A DNA stretch of 64,000 nt, taken from the IMG/VR virus record IMGVR_UViG_3300035145_003993, positions 62,001 to 126,000 of that record; one strand, 5' to 3'. Positions 28,499 through 37,909 of the stretch are shown here, in pieces; position 1 is the first letter of the stretch, and each line of letters starts with the position of its first letter. The position numbers were made by a program, and so were the translations under genes. The notes beneath the pieces are model-generated. The model saw nothing but the letters and a program-made list of their open reading frames with translations. It had not been told where the DNA came from and searched no databases.

Positions 28499-28508
28499 GG
28501 ATAATGTC

Positions 28509-28766
28509 ATGGATTTTAATCAAGATACACTCAATGATCGTTTATATAAAGAACATCCAGAACTCAGCTCGAATTGGTCGTTTATGGATTGGGACGATGA
28601 CAAAGCAACGATAACATATCAATTCGATGATGGATCTGATGATGAGGTCTTCATTTATAAAGACGGATCGATTCATATTTCAGAAAAAACGATATACGAA
28701 ATGAATAAGATCTTAATGAATCAAGTTACATATCGATATTTCAATCATTCTGTATCATATCACTAG
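28509..28766 (+). CDS. Hypothetical early protein (start MDFNQD)
   Basis: AAGGA SD at 28497; C-terminal part of track ORF 28371-28766. Confidence 0.6.
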   Translation: MDFNQDTLNDRLYKEHPELSSNWSFMDWDDDKATITYQFDDGSDDEVFIYKDGSIHISEKTIYEMNKILMNQVTYRYFNHSVSYH

Positions 28767-28984
28767 TCTGGCTCATATCTTAAGTGTCTAGGTGTTACAG
28801 CATCCTCGATCGTCGGCTCTAGGTTAGGTGGTATATCCATCTATCCTTCTTAGAAAAGACTCGAAGCCAGATCAAGCTTCAAACGATGAAGTTATTTAAT
28901 CAAGTGTAACTCTCATTCGTATAGAGTATAATAAACCATAAGGCCGGCCTAATCAATCATCTATTCATCCAAAGGATTAACATC

Positions 28985-29251
28985 ATGAAAAAAATTACAA
29001 AAGATCAATTCTACAGACTAATCATGTCCTGTAACCCAGAACTTCATAAACTTCCTCAACACATCCAAGATGACATCTCCGATCTACGTAAAGTCACTAA
29101 GAATGGCAAAGCTCATCTACTTCTTACTCATCCAGAAGGCCAAGATAATTACTTCCTTGATTACGTCGAAGTAGATATGCTATGTGAAGAAGAAATTGAT
29201 GAAACTAGACTACATGCTAAAGAAAATAGAGGACGTCTTGTCGCCATTTAA
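28985..29251 (+). CDS. Hypothetical early protein
   Basis: Promoter 28904, AAAGGA SD. Confidence 0.7.
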   Translation: MKKITKDQFYRLIMSCNPELHKLPQHIQDDISDLRKVTKNGKAHLLLTHPEGQDNYFLDYVEVDMLCEEEIDETRLHAKENRGRLVAI

Positions 29252-29442
29252 TAAGTTTAATTAAACTTAAGATCCTACAAGTTACTAGTATATCTTATAT
29301 CTACTTTAATATTACCTTTTGAGTACTTCAAGATTCAAACGGCCAGTTTCATCACATAAGTGTAACTCTTAAATCCGAATGGTATAATATATCATAAGGT
29401 CCAATAAATCAATCAACCAATTAATCTACAAAGGATTTAAAT

Positions 29443-29637
29443 ATGAAAGTTCGAAAAAGAGCATCTCAAACAAATAATATCTCAGTTTGGGCAGAAGCTA
29501 ATAAAAAAGGTGGTTTCATTATTTACATGGGGATCAAAGGAACAGACGCTAAATCGATCGTTGGGGCCGCGGCATACAAAGAAACTCTCGAATATAATTT
29601 AAGAAAAGCTAAGTTCAAGCACGGAATCAAACTTTAA
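29443..29637 (+). CDS. Hypothetical early protein (basic)
   Basis: Promoter 29360, AAAGGA SD. Confidence 0.7.
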   Translation: MKVRKRASQTNNISVWAEANKKGGFIIYMGIKGTDAKSIVGAAAYKETLEYNLRKAKFKHGIKL

Positions 29638-29815
29638 GATAACAGATCGTTCGGTATACTTCTAACTTTAACCTCATCTTTAAAATGTCTAGATAAAACA
29701 TCGCTCGGCTTCATCACAAATTTCTCTTAAGTGTAACTCTTAAATCTGAATGGTATAATATATCATAAGGTCCAATTAATCAAACAAACCAATCAAATCA
29801 AAAAGGATTTAAAAC

Positions 29816-30454
29816 ATGAATAACTCAAACCTACAAACCTCTGAACAGGAGAACAGCATGTCTACAATTCAAAAACTTTTCCAAGAATATCTCGAATCAG
29901 GCGGTCAACCAAAACTTACAAGCTTCAGATTTCATATCGAAAAACTAATGAAGACCGATATAAAACCTTTATGCGGTCGATCTGGAAAGTCTTCATCAGG
30001 TAATGATTGGAGAAAAGATCTTATGAATCGATTTAAAGGTCGCGGATCAAAATGGGTCTTTGTAAGTCTCGAAGAAATTAAAGATACTCTCGATCGTTTT
30101 GACCAAGAAGGAATTGATACAGAAGATTACAGATCTTGGACTGAAAAGAAACAAAAAGCTTGGATTAGATTTTATGGTCCAAGGCTCGATAATGGAATCA
30201 AAGTCGCGGCATTTACAGTTCATACCCTAGATTCAACAATCTATCAGCCTCATACATTACATTATATTCCAATCGATCGTCTAGATGAAACAATTACTCC
30301 ATTAAACGGGACTCCCTTCAGTCTCAAGCTTGAAGTTGATGATGTCCAACAGGAAAATGATACTGAATCAAACGAAGAAATTATCGAATATATCTCTAAA
30401 TTTGATGAAGATCTCTTACAAGGACTCGAAGATTTACAGAACGATGATCTATAA
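29816..30454 (+). CDS. Early protein, paralogous family A (copy 2)
   Basis: Co-linear with 27068-27679, with long identical stretches (GIKVAAFTVHT, PLNGTPFSLKLE). Confidence 0.88.
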   Translation: MNNSNLQTSEQENSMSTIQKLFQEYLESGGQPKLTSFRFHIEKLMKTDIKPLCGRSGKSSSGNDWRKDLMNRFKGRGSKWVFVSLEEIKDTLDRFDQEGIDTEDYRSWTEKKQKAWIRFYGPRLDNGIKVAAFTVHTLDSTIYQPHTLHYIPIDRLDETITPLNGTPFSLKLEVDDVQQENDTESNEEIIEYISKFDEDLLQGLEDLQNDDL

Positions 30455-30660
30455 ATCTAATTAAATCTTAATCCAGATCTTAGAAATCATTCCTCGTTAG
30501 ATGCTTCAATACTACAAGTAATCGCTGCATCACACTCAAGATGTATATTTTGTCGATTGATGAAATATACAAGACAAACATACGATTAAATCAGTTTATA
30601 ACTTTTTTGAATTGTTATATGAACAATCATATTTCTCATAAAGTAAAGTCTGGAGCCAAA

Positions 30661-30825
30661 ATGGATATTGTATCGTTATCATTTCTTACTAAATCTATTG
30701 TACCAGTGTGTCTAATGATGATTCCTATCATGACAATTTCTGGAACAGGGCCCGTAAGGTCTCTAATGACGGGTCTATCGATCTACTTTGGATTTATTAT
30801 CCTTAACTCTTTACACGTAATTTAA
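30661..30825 (+). CDS. Small membrane protein (likely start 30661)
   Basis: GGAG SD before MDIVSL; two hydrophobic segments. Confidence 0.4.
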   Translation: MDIVSLSFLTKSIVPVCLMMIPIMTISGTGPVRSLMTGLSIYFGFIILNSLHVI

Positions 30826-30871
30826 ACTAAACGATCTACACTACAACATTATAATATTACAAGGAAAAAAC

Positions 30872-31102
30872 ATGTCTGAGACACCTTTAAAGTTTATTAA
30901 ATGCGCTACGATGAATTCTGGATCACCTGTCACTATTTCTTTTCAATCAGTTTCGCATGTCGTTAAAAACAAGTCTGCGCACGATGAAAATAGAAGTACA
31001 ACTTGGATAAACTTCCATTCAGGTAAATCAATTCATGTAGACACTCCGTACGAAAAAGCTGAGTTATTATTTACTAGATTTTTAAATGAGACTTCAATTT
31101 AA
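30872..31102 (+). CDS. Small protein, family B (FlbD-like pattern)
   Basis: VSH..NK..HD..TWINFHSGKSIHV; paralogue of 31820-32047. Confidence 0.7.
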   Translation: MSETPLKFIKCATMNSGSPVTISFQSVSHVVKNKSAHDENRSTTWINFHSGKSIHVDTPYEKAELLFTRFLNETSI

Positions 31103-31251
31103 TTAACTTATCTAAATCAATCTGTGAAAGTGCCTTGCCCAGTTTATAACTCGCATCATCAAAAATGAAAGTGTAACTATTATTTATTTTGAGTATAATA
31201 TATCATAATCCAATTCAAATCAACCACTAACTAAAATAAAAAAGGATTAAA

Positions 31252-31416
31252 ATGAGTTCCAAACAAAAACAACAATTCCTAGATTCAATTAATGAACTTG
31301 TAAAACGATCAAACGAAGAGTATAAGAAAGGAAATATAAAAGAAGCCAAGCGTTTATCAAGGGACGCAAATCAATTAAACCTTCACTTTAAATCTATGCT
31401 TAATGAAATGATCTAA
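31252..31416 (+). CDS. 54-aa helical hypothetical protein
   Basis: Promoter 31171, AAAGGA SD; MSSKQKQQFLDS... Confidence 0.6.
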   Translation: MSSKQKQQFLDSINELVKRSNEEYKKGNIKEAKRLSRDANQLNLHFKSMLNEMI

Positions 31417-31544
31417 TGACAAAACCCAATAAGAAATTAAAAGAATTAAACCACGAGATTCAATCTGAAAGAAGATTGAAAGGTTTAACTGGTAGGCTTG
31501 AAGATTTAATTAGACAAAGAAATCTTCTTCTTGCAAAGAAATAG
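31416..31544 (+). CDS. 42-aa basic peptide
   Basis: TAATG coupling with the upstream ORF. Confidence 0.45.
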   Translation: MTKPNKKLKELNHEIQSERRLKGLTGRLEDLIRQRNLLLAKK

Positions 31545-31662
31545 ATTTTATATTAATGAAAGTTTTAAAATATTATTTTTGTGTAATTAATTAAAACCAT
31601 TGTTATAATATACCATAATCCAATTCAAATCAAACAACCACCAAAAAAAAGGATTTAAAATT

Positions 31663-31815
31663 ATGCCTCTATTATTATTATCTGCACTTATTATTTACGG
31701 ATTAATTTCTTTTGCAGTTGGTTTAATAATACTACATCCTGTTCCAACATTGTTCGCAACAGCTTTATTCATTACTTTTAACTTTATCAATACTTTAATC
31801 CTTAGAAAGGTCTAA
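31663..31815 (+). CDS. 50-aa membrane peptide
   Basis: Promoter 31581, AAAGGA SD; entirely hydrophobic. Confidence 0.55.
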   Translation: MPLLLLSALIIYGLISFAVGLIILHPVPTLFATALFITFNFINTLILRKV

Positions 31816-31819
31816 TCTT

Positions 31820-32047
31820 ATGACAACAACAGCACTCAGAACTTACACAACAGTTAATTCATCATCAGAAATCACAGTCGCTCTAAATTCAGTATCTCAT
31901 ATTATTGAAAATAAAAACCCTCATGATGATACTTCATTAGATCAAAGAACATCGTGGATTCATTTCCATTCAGGAAAGTCAGTTCATGTAAGTGAATCAT
32001 TCGAAAACGTCAATGATGACTTAGTAGAGTTTTATAAAACTCGCTAA
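31820..32047 (+). CDS. Small protein, family B (copy 2)
   Basis: VSHII.NK.PHD..TSWIHFHSGKSVHV. Confidence 0.7.
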   Translation: MTTTALRTYTTVNSSSEITVALNSVSHIIENKNPHDDTSLDQRTSWIHFHSGKSVHVSESFENVNDDLVEFYKTR

Positions 32048-32059
32048 CAAGGAATATTA

Positions 32060-32239
32060 ATGGTAAGAAAATTATTTGATGCTTCTCTCTTTTTTATAAT
32101 GTTTGCTTTAGCTTTTTTAGCTTTTATTAATCTTCTAGAGCAATATCCAACCTTTACGTATTCTGTAATTGCTATTTTTACTCTTGCAGAAGCTTATGAT
32201 CGATCTCTTCCAAAATACAAACAATACTTGAAACGTTAA
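32060..32239 (+). CDS. 59-aa membrane peptide
   Basis: AAGGA SD; two TM-like segments. Confidence 0.5.
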   Translation: MVRKLFDASLFFIMFALAFLAFINLLEQYPTFTYSVIAIFTLAEAYDRSLPKYKQYLKR

Positions 32240-32247
32240 GGAATAAA

Positions 32248-32538
32248 ATGACTGTATCTAATAGAATTAAAATCGAATGGGAATTTGATATATCAGTAAA
32301 TGAAGAATTACAAAATCGTCTAAACTTATCTGAAGGGCAGATATATGAAATGCTTGAAGACGAAGACGAAGAATCAAGACTACATAGTTTATGTTGTGGA
32401 GAAACAGGAACTCCAGAATGGATAGATCTAGATCTTTTCTTTGAAGACCCTCGAAGTATAAGTGAAGATGAAATTACAGAAACTTTATCTGATGATTATG
32501 GTTGGCTGATTAAATCATGGGAATGGCAATATGTGTAA
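32248..32538 (+). CDS. Acidic hypothetical protein
   Basis: IKIEWEFD...LSDDYGWLI; the stop codon lies in the next promoter's -35 box. Confidence 0.7.
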   Translation: MTVSNRIKIEWEFDISVNEELQNRLNLSEGQIYEMLEDEDEESRLHSLCCGETGTPEWIDLDLFFEDPRSISEDEITETLSDDYGWLIKSWEWQYV

Positions 32539-32656
32539 CCTTAATTAATTTAGCGTATAATGTCTCATAAGGGGAATTTAGAATGAAACTTATTTTTATG
32601 TTACTACTACTTTATATTATCTTCCATGCCAACACACCAAGAAAAAGGAAATAACA

Positions 32657-32896
32657 ATGAATATAATTAAATACTTGAAAGAATTCTTCTACGCATTTTC
32701 AGCAGGTTGCGTTTTATTTTCTTTTGTATCACTCATCATTTTAATTATCCTCGCTCCATTTGGATTATGTATTTATCTCGGAGATACTTTAGGATATCAC
32801 AGCGTAATTTCATTTAGTTCTGCTATTATGTGTTATGCAATATACTGGATAATCATCAGACACTTTAACTTAATTGATATCAAAGGTTTACAATGA
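32657..32896 (+). CDS. Membrane protein
   Basis: Two TM segments; AAAGGA SD. Confidence 0.6.
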   Translation: MNIIKYLKEFFYAFSAGCVLFSFVSLIILIILAPFGLCIYLGDTLGYHSVISFSSAIMCYAIYWIIIRHFNLIDIKGLQ

Positions 32897-33168
32897 ATGA
32901 TAATGAAAAGATCTCTTTTACAACAGGAGCTAATGGAGAAATCCTTGTATGGGAAACTCCAAAGGGTGAAGCAGCAAAAATTGAACGCAATCTTGCGGAA
33001 AGAATTGATTATTACGTCGCATTTCAGCCTCTCAAAGAAAACAATCTCGTCTTCATTCCCAAAAGAAAAACTGTTGAATCAATTATACAAGCTTGGGATC
33101 AATTCCAATCTCACTTAGCTATTCAATCTGATTCTTATATTTTATTCAACCCAAATGAAGATGTATAA
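32893..33168 (+). CDS. Hypothetical protein
   Basis: ATGA overlap with the upstream gene. Confidence 0.6.
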   Translation: MNDNEKISFTTGANGEILVWETPKGEAAKIERNLAERIDYYVAFQPLKENNLVFIPKRKTVESIIQAWDQFQSHLAIQSDSYILFNPNEDV

Positions 33169-33177
33169 TACTCTTAA

Positions 33178-33297
33178 CTACTTTTCCGTAGATCTTGTCG
33201 CTGTTTTTTATATCTTGAATAATGCTTGATATTTCAACACTTAGTATCATCACAAAAGTGTAACTTTAATTTTTTTTGAGTATAATACACCATAAGG
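33178..33297 (+). repeat. About 120-bp promoter-cassette direct repeat, copy 1 (copy 2 at 34310-34427)
   Basis: Shared CTACTyTTCCGTAGATCTTrTCGCTGTTTTTT...ATCACAA(AA)GTGTAACTTTAATTTTTTTTGAGTATAATA.A.CATAAGG. Confidence 0.9.
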
Positions 33298-33348
33298 CAA
33301 TTACCTTTAAAATTAATTACTCCCCCACCAAAAAAAGGAAAATACAGC

Positions 33349-33750
33349 ATGATTACTGATTATATTATTGCTTCAGTTATGATTAACAATGTTCCCCCAT
33401 CAGCTTATGAACAAGGCTTCGATGATTTTTTACAGGATATGGATGATCCAGTTCTTTTCTCACACTTTGTAAATAAATACAATGTTACTGAAGGCATAAT
33501 AATTAAAACTCATGAAAATAATTCCGGTTATAATGTACCCTGTATTACAGCCTATGTTGATTATAATACTTGGAATACTTGGTCTGAGGATATGAAAGAA
33601 TTTTGGAATATGATGTTCCACCCCGAAATTCAGAAAAAAGAAAAAAATGAATGGGGAATTGATTGTATACTACCAAAGCTATCAGATGAAGAAATTGATA
33701 ACATCATTATTCCGCTAGAAAAACTCAAATCAAGATTTCCTAATGTGTAA
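33349..33750 (+). CDS. Hypothetical early protein
   Basis: Promoter 33258; ends in GTG TAA, the next -35 box. Confidence 0.7.
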   Translation: MITDYIIASVMINNVPPSAYEQGFDDFLQDMDDPVLFSHFVNKYNVTEGIIIKTHENNSGYNVPCITAYVDYNTWNTWSEDMKEFWNMMFHPEIQKKEKNEWGIDCILPKLSDEEIDNIIIPLEKLKSRFPNV

Positions 33751-33822
33751 TTTAAATTAACCCTGTTTTATAATAAATCATAATCCAATAAAAACCATCA
33801 TTTAATTCAAAAGGATAAAAAC

Positions 33823-34227
33823 ATGGAAAACAAAATCAATCTATCAAATGAAATCCGCTATGTTGTTGATTATAGATCTTGTCCAAGTGGCTTAGGCTCA
33901 ATCTTCTTAGATGAAGTTGGAGGGAATAAACAGATCCTCATTACTGATCAAGATACTGGTCCTAAGGATATGTCTGAAGCTAAAGAAACATTCAATCCGG
34001 ACTCGATGCCTGATTTCGTTGATCACATCCCGCTTGACTCCCAGTTCTGGGATATCATTAACCAATGCCTCGGAGCTATCCTCGTATCACATCATGTTAA
34101 ATACGTTATCGATTCAGAACTAGCTTATGATTGTCCAGATCTTACTGATCCCGATGGTGGTGATAATAAAACAATCTTTACAATTCAAAATTGGCTAAAA
34201 GCTCGTGATATCAAAGGTATTTTATAA
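33823..34227 (+). CDS. Hypothetical early protein (family shared with the C-terminus of 40714-41337)
   Basis: ILITD..PDFVDHIPLD..Q.L..IL. Confidence 0.7.
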   Translation: MENKINLSNEIRYVVDYRSCPSGLGSIFLDEVGGNKQILITDQDTGPKDMSEAKETFNPDSMPDFVDHIPLDSQFWDIINQCLGAILVSHHVKYVIDSELAYDCPDLTDPDGGDNKTIFTIQNWLKARDIKGIL

Positions 34228-34309
34228 ATTAGATTCGAATATGTAAAAAACATACTTCAGGTATATTACCCTATCTAATCGTAATAATCACTAAAACAGA
34301 CGATTTTAT

Positions 34310-34427
34310 CTACTCTTCCGTAGATCTTATCGCTGTTTTTTTGTATCTAAAAAATGCTCAGTATTATATCACACTGTTTCATCACAAGTGTAACTTTAAT
34401 TTTTTTTGAGTATAATATATCATAAGG
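34310..34427 (+). repeat. About 120-bp promoter-cassette direct repeat, copy 2
   Basis: See 33178-33297. Confidence 0.9.
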
Positions 34428-34464
34428 TAATTCAATCAACCATTCAATCAAAAAGGAAACAAAC

Positions 34465-34755
34465 ATGACTTCAATAAGAACAACTCAAATCGGTGATACT
34501 CTCGAAATCAAAAAGATTACACAAATATCTGGTCATCATAAAGATTATCTGTTCTTAACTAATCATTCAGATAATCCTAATTGTCCATATCCAAAAACAA
34601 CAAACATCTCTCGTATAGTTCACCCGGGAACAAAGGTTGCAGTTATCGCTAAAGGCAGACCACAAGATAAATACAACGAAAGCTTTATTACTGTAGTTCA
34701 TAATAATTTAATTTTCGATATTCGTTCATCAGATCTAAGAAGATTCTGTAAGTAA
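34465..34755 (+). CDS. Hypothetical early protein (SH3/KOW-like)
   Basis: IGDTLEIK..GTKVAVI; promoter 34388. Confidence 0.65.
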   Translation: MTSIRTTQIGDTLEIKKITQISGHHKDYLFLTNHSDNPNCPYPKTTNISRIVHPGTKVAVIAKGRPQDKYNESFITVVHNNLIFDIRSSDLRRFCK

Positions 34756-34826
34756 CTCTTAAGGTGTGTAACTCTGCTCTCTCTCCTATTATAATATATT
34801 ATACCAACAATACAAAGGATTCTACA

Positions 34827-35195
34827 ATGAATAATCAAATCTCCCTCCAACAATGGAATGAACTCATGTCTCTCGTCAAAACAAGCGCTGCAACTGAAAA
34901 ACAAATCAAAGGTGCTATCTACTCCGGAACAGATGAACTTAAGAACGGCAACCAACGACACTACTGCTACGATAACCTCGATCGGTATGATGTCCCCGGT
35001 CTAGATCTTACAATCAAAAAAGATTCAGACGTTGGAACTCTCACAGTCTACAACGGCTCAGAACAAGCAAGAGCTCCTATTACATTTGAACAAGGCCTCT
35101 TCATCGCTACTAACTTCTTCAAATACGAAGGATACGATATGTCAGAACAAATCGTTTGTGATTGGGTTATGGATGGCAATAAGAGTGTCTTTTAA
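34827..35195 (+). CDS. Hypothetical early protein (start MNNQIS)
   Basis: AAAGGA SD after promoter 34766. Confidence 0.65.
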   Translation: MNNQISLQQWNELMSLVKTSAATEKQIKGAIYSGTDELKNGNQRHYCYDNLDRYDVPGLDLTIKKDSDVGTLTVYNGSEQARAPITFEQGLFIATNFFKYEGYDMSEQIVCDWVMDGNKSVF

Positions 35196-35209
35196 GAAAT
35201 TAAACAAAA

Positions 35210-35359
35210 ATGAATTTCGAAAAAGAAAAGCAAGCATTAAGAACCCTATACGCTTCTAAGAAGCAATGGTTTCAGTCGACTCCGACATACGGATGTTGGA
35301 TTTATCCGGACATTTATTACATTAAATTAAAAGATCTAGAGAATAAATACTCTAATTGA
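35210..35359 (+). CDS. 49-aa hypothetical peptide
   Basis: MNFEKEKQALRTLYASKKQW...; weak SD. Confidence 0.35.
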   Translation: MNFEKEKQALRTLYASKKQWFQSTPTYGCWIYPDIYYIKLKDLENKYSN

Positions 35360-35567
35360 TAATGATTGTCAAAATCAGTACGAGTCTCGAGCTAAGAGTC
35401 GAGTTCTTTGGCAGTTTATTAAAAAAGAATTATCTGTTTAGCTCTGTTAATGATTTTAAATTAAGTTAATAGGTTTTATCGTATAAGTAAAAAAGATTAA
35501 AACAGGTGTATTTAAGTCCATTTGAGACTATAATAAATATATAATGTTTTATAGAGGAAAAGAGAAG

Positions 35568-35828
35568 ATGAAAAGATTGTTATTTTTGGTGTTGATTTTG
35601 TTTAGTGTGTGTTGTAGTGAAGAGGCATTGGGAGAAGACGAGTTGAGGGTTGAGTGTAAGAGACCGGGAGGAAGGGTGGAGGTATATCGAGTGAAGATAA
35701 AGAGTTTGTTTGATTTGACTCGGTCGAGGAGTGCCTTTTGGCATTTTGTGGGTGTGAGGAAGAGTGATGGAAAGAGAGTGGAGGTTGTATCGAACGAGTG
35801 TTATGTAGAGAGGGAGTTGAAGAGATGA
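35568..35828 (+). CDS. Putative lipoprotein in a C-depleted tract
   Basis: MKRLLFLVLILFSVCC signal/lipobox. Confidence 0.6.
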   Translation: MKRLLFLVLILFSVCCSEEALGEDELRVECKRPGGRVEVYRVKIKSLFDLTRSRSAFWHFVGVRKSDGKRVEVVSNECYVERELKR

Positions 35829-36151
35829 GTGTTATATTGGAGATAAGGGATTTAGAAAGAGGAAGACGTTTATTTAAGATGCAGCATGAAAGTGTTGATT
35901 GTAGTTTTGTTGAGTGGAAGAGGGAAGAGACTTTAGCAAGGGAGTTGGGATATGAAGATTCATTAGAAGAGATTCATAGTGATTGGGAGCTTGATGCAGG
36001 AATGATGATATCGATGTTGAAGAGATATAGGGATAGGGGAGTTGAGAGAGTAGATTGGAAGTGTAAAGGTGAGGGATTATCTATTGGAGAGATTATAGAG
36101 GATTTAACGTATGAGTTAGAATGTAGTTGGGATTCTTGGATTGATGATTAA
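35825..36151 (+). CDS. Hypothetical acidic protein in a C-depleted tract
   Basis: ATGA overlap; G-ending codons dominate. Confidence 0.55.
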   Translation: MSVILEIRDLERGRRLFKMQHESVDCSFVEWKREETLARELGYEDSLEEIHSDWELDAGMMISMLKRYRDRGVERVDWKCKGEGLSIGEIIEDLTYELECSWDSWIDD

Positions 36152-36361
36152 AGAGATGTTTGGATATTCTATTGTATAAGAGATATATTATGTGTAGAGT
36201 TAGATTTTTACAATAGAGGTTATAAAAAGATTTTTTATTATAGTCTGAATAGATTAGAGATTTAATTTTGTGTTATATGATTTGAGTGTAATTAAAATAA
36301 AAAGTGATTATAATGAATTATAAGGTTTAATAAACAGCCCAACCAAAAAAGGAAGCTTAAA

Positions 36362-36583
36362 ATGGTCGAAAACAATGAGGAAAATAGATTAAGACTTGTA
36401 AACGAGTTAATGGAAAATATTGATTATGATCTGCTCTGGCATTTTGCTAAAGAAAAAATGTTAGATGATTATAAAACTAATGATGACTGCTTCCAAGAAG
36501 ATTGGTATCATAAAATTGTTTTGGATCTTGGAGAACAAGAATTAAATAAAAATATAAGTGATCGAGAATTCAATGAACAATAA
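36362..36583 (+). CDS. Hypothetical early protein (homologous to the N-terminus of 40714-41337)
   Basis: NEENRLRLVNELM...NDDCFQEDW. Confidence 0.7.
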   Translation: MVENNEENRLRLVNELMENIDYDLLWHFAKEKMLDDYKTNDDCFQEDWYHKIVLDLGEQELNKNISDREFNEQ

Positions 36584-36782
36584 TCTTCATACAAGTTTGT
36601 TAAGTTTAGATAAAGACAATAGTGATTTTAACTATAGAGATAGTAATACTTCTATTGAGTATTCAAAGAAAGTTCTTGGTCTAAGATATTTTATTTTTAA
36701 TCCTGTTTCAAATGATAGAAAGGACAAATTATGTTTCATTTCTCAGAGCAATGGAGAATCCCAACAGAACAGCAAGCTTTAA
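36573..36782 (+). CDS. Hypothetical protein
   Basis: Overlapping ORF in the operon. Confidence 0.4.
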   Translation: MNNNLHTSLLSLDKDNSDFNYRDSNTSIEYSKKVLGLRYFIFNPVSNDRKDKLCFISQSNGESQQNSKL

Positions 36783-37024
36783 TTAATCCTGCTTCTGAGT
36801 TTGTTGGAGAAACGAAGATTTTTAGAAAGCCTTCATTTAAAGATTTAATTGATAAGGGTGTTAAGATAAGAAGGACTAGATGGTGTCGTGGTGTAGCTAA
36901 TATTGAAAACTATGCTAATTCCTTAGAAGATGTAAGTGGTTGTAATGAATATCGAGCATATCATTATTTTGATAGTGAATATAAGATATGGTGTACTGAA
37001 TGGTATGAACTTTCTCATCCGTAA
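36731..37024 (+). CDS. Hypothetical protein
   Basis: AAAGGA SD. Confidence 0.55.
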   Translation: MFHFSEQWRIPTEQQALINPASEFVGETKIFRKPSFKDLIDKGVKIRRTRWCRGVANIENYANSLEDVSGCNEYRAYHYFDSEYKIWCTEWYELSHP

Positions 37025-37033
37025 AGGATAAAG

Positions 37034-37330
37034 ATGAAACATATAAAAAGATTAAAGAAAATTCAGATTATTGATAAATGGTTATCTATGATTGGTGGTG
37101 AAAGAGAAGTTGAAGGTGAATTGATATGTTATAGTAATCATACAGGAAACTTTAAGCTTTATAATGACGGAAGTTTATATTATTATGATCTTTTGCTAGC
37201 AGAAATAATTGATGGAGTACATACAGTATATGATCATACAGCATCTGGTGGAAGTTTTATTTCGAAATCTACAAGTTATCATGTTAACTACTTAAAAGAA
37301 TTTGCGTTAAACGTAGTAAGTTATAATTAA
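37034..37330 (+). CDS. Hypothetical protein
   Basis: AAAGGA SD; SKSTSYHVN motif. Confidence 0.6.
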   Translation: MKHIKRLKKIQIIDKWLSMIGGEREVEGELICYSNHTGNFKLYNDGSLYYYDLLLAEIIDGVHTVYDHTASGGSFISKSTSYHVNYLKEFALNVVSYN

Positions 37331-37431
37331 GAGTTTATATTATTTGAGTGTAATTAAAATAAATTATAGGTATAATAAACCATAAGGTTCAATTAATCAA
37401 ACAAACATTCATTCAAAAAAGGAAATAAAAA

Positions 37432-37884
37432 ATGGATCCAGCAATTACAAGACTTAATGAAAAAATCTGTGAAGAGTATGAAATAAGGATTACCTGTGAC
37501 CAAAGTCATATTATTGATAGATATGAAGAAGGTGAAATAGAAGAAGTTTCATTTATTGAAGGTTTCTATAACAGTAAAAGAGAATCAACCGTTGAAAATA
37601 TCGGATTAAATGTTAAAGAAATTGTTGAACATGTTCTTAAGTCATATACACAATTTAATTCATTCGAAGAGTATTTTAATGATAACTTCAACTATTCAGA
37701 TGATTATTTTATTGTACGTAGGCAAGTTAATAAAGACCGAAATGAACCAACTATAGGTGATGTCGAAATGTGGAAAATTGGTGAAGAAGATTTGTATGCG
37801 CAATATACGCATATAAAGCTTACAATTAATTCAGCACTATTAAGTGTCGATATGATTAGATCTTTAATTGAAATGGAAGGTTAA
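37432..37884 (+). CDS. Early protein family C (copy 1)
   Basis: Paralogue of 43016-43495 (YEEGE.EE, FNY.DD, E.WK.GE..LY). Confidence 0.8.
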   Translation: MDPAITRLNEKICEEYEIRITCDQSHIIDRYEEGEIEEVSFIEGFYNSKRESTVENIGLNVKEIVEHVLKSYTQFNSFEEYFNDNFNYSDDYFIVRRQVNKDRNEPTIGDVEMWKIGEEDLYAQYTHIKLTINSALLSVDMIRSLIEMEG

Positions 37885-37909
37885 GTAATCATTTAAAAGG
37901 ATATAAAAA

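Noticed and set aside
35281-35300. TCCGACAT/ATGTTGGA hairpin near the skew switch
   Set aside because: Lies within a plausible short ORF and lacks a U-tract; could be chance.
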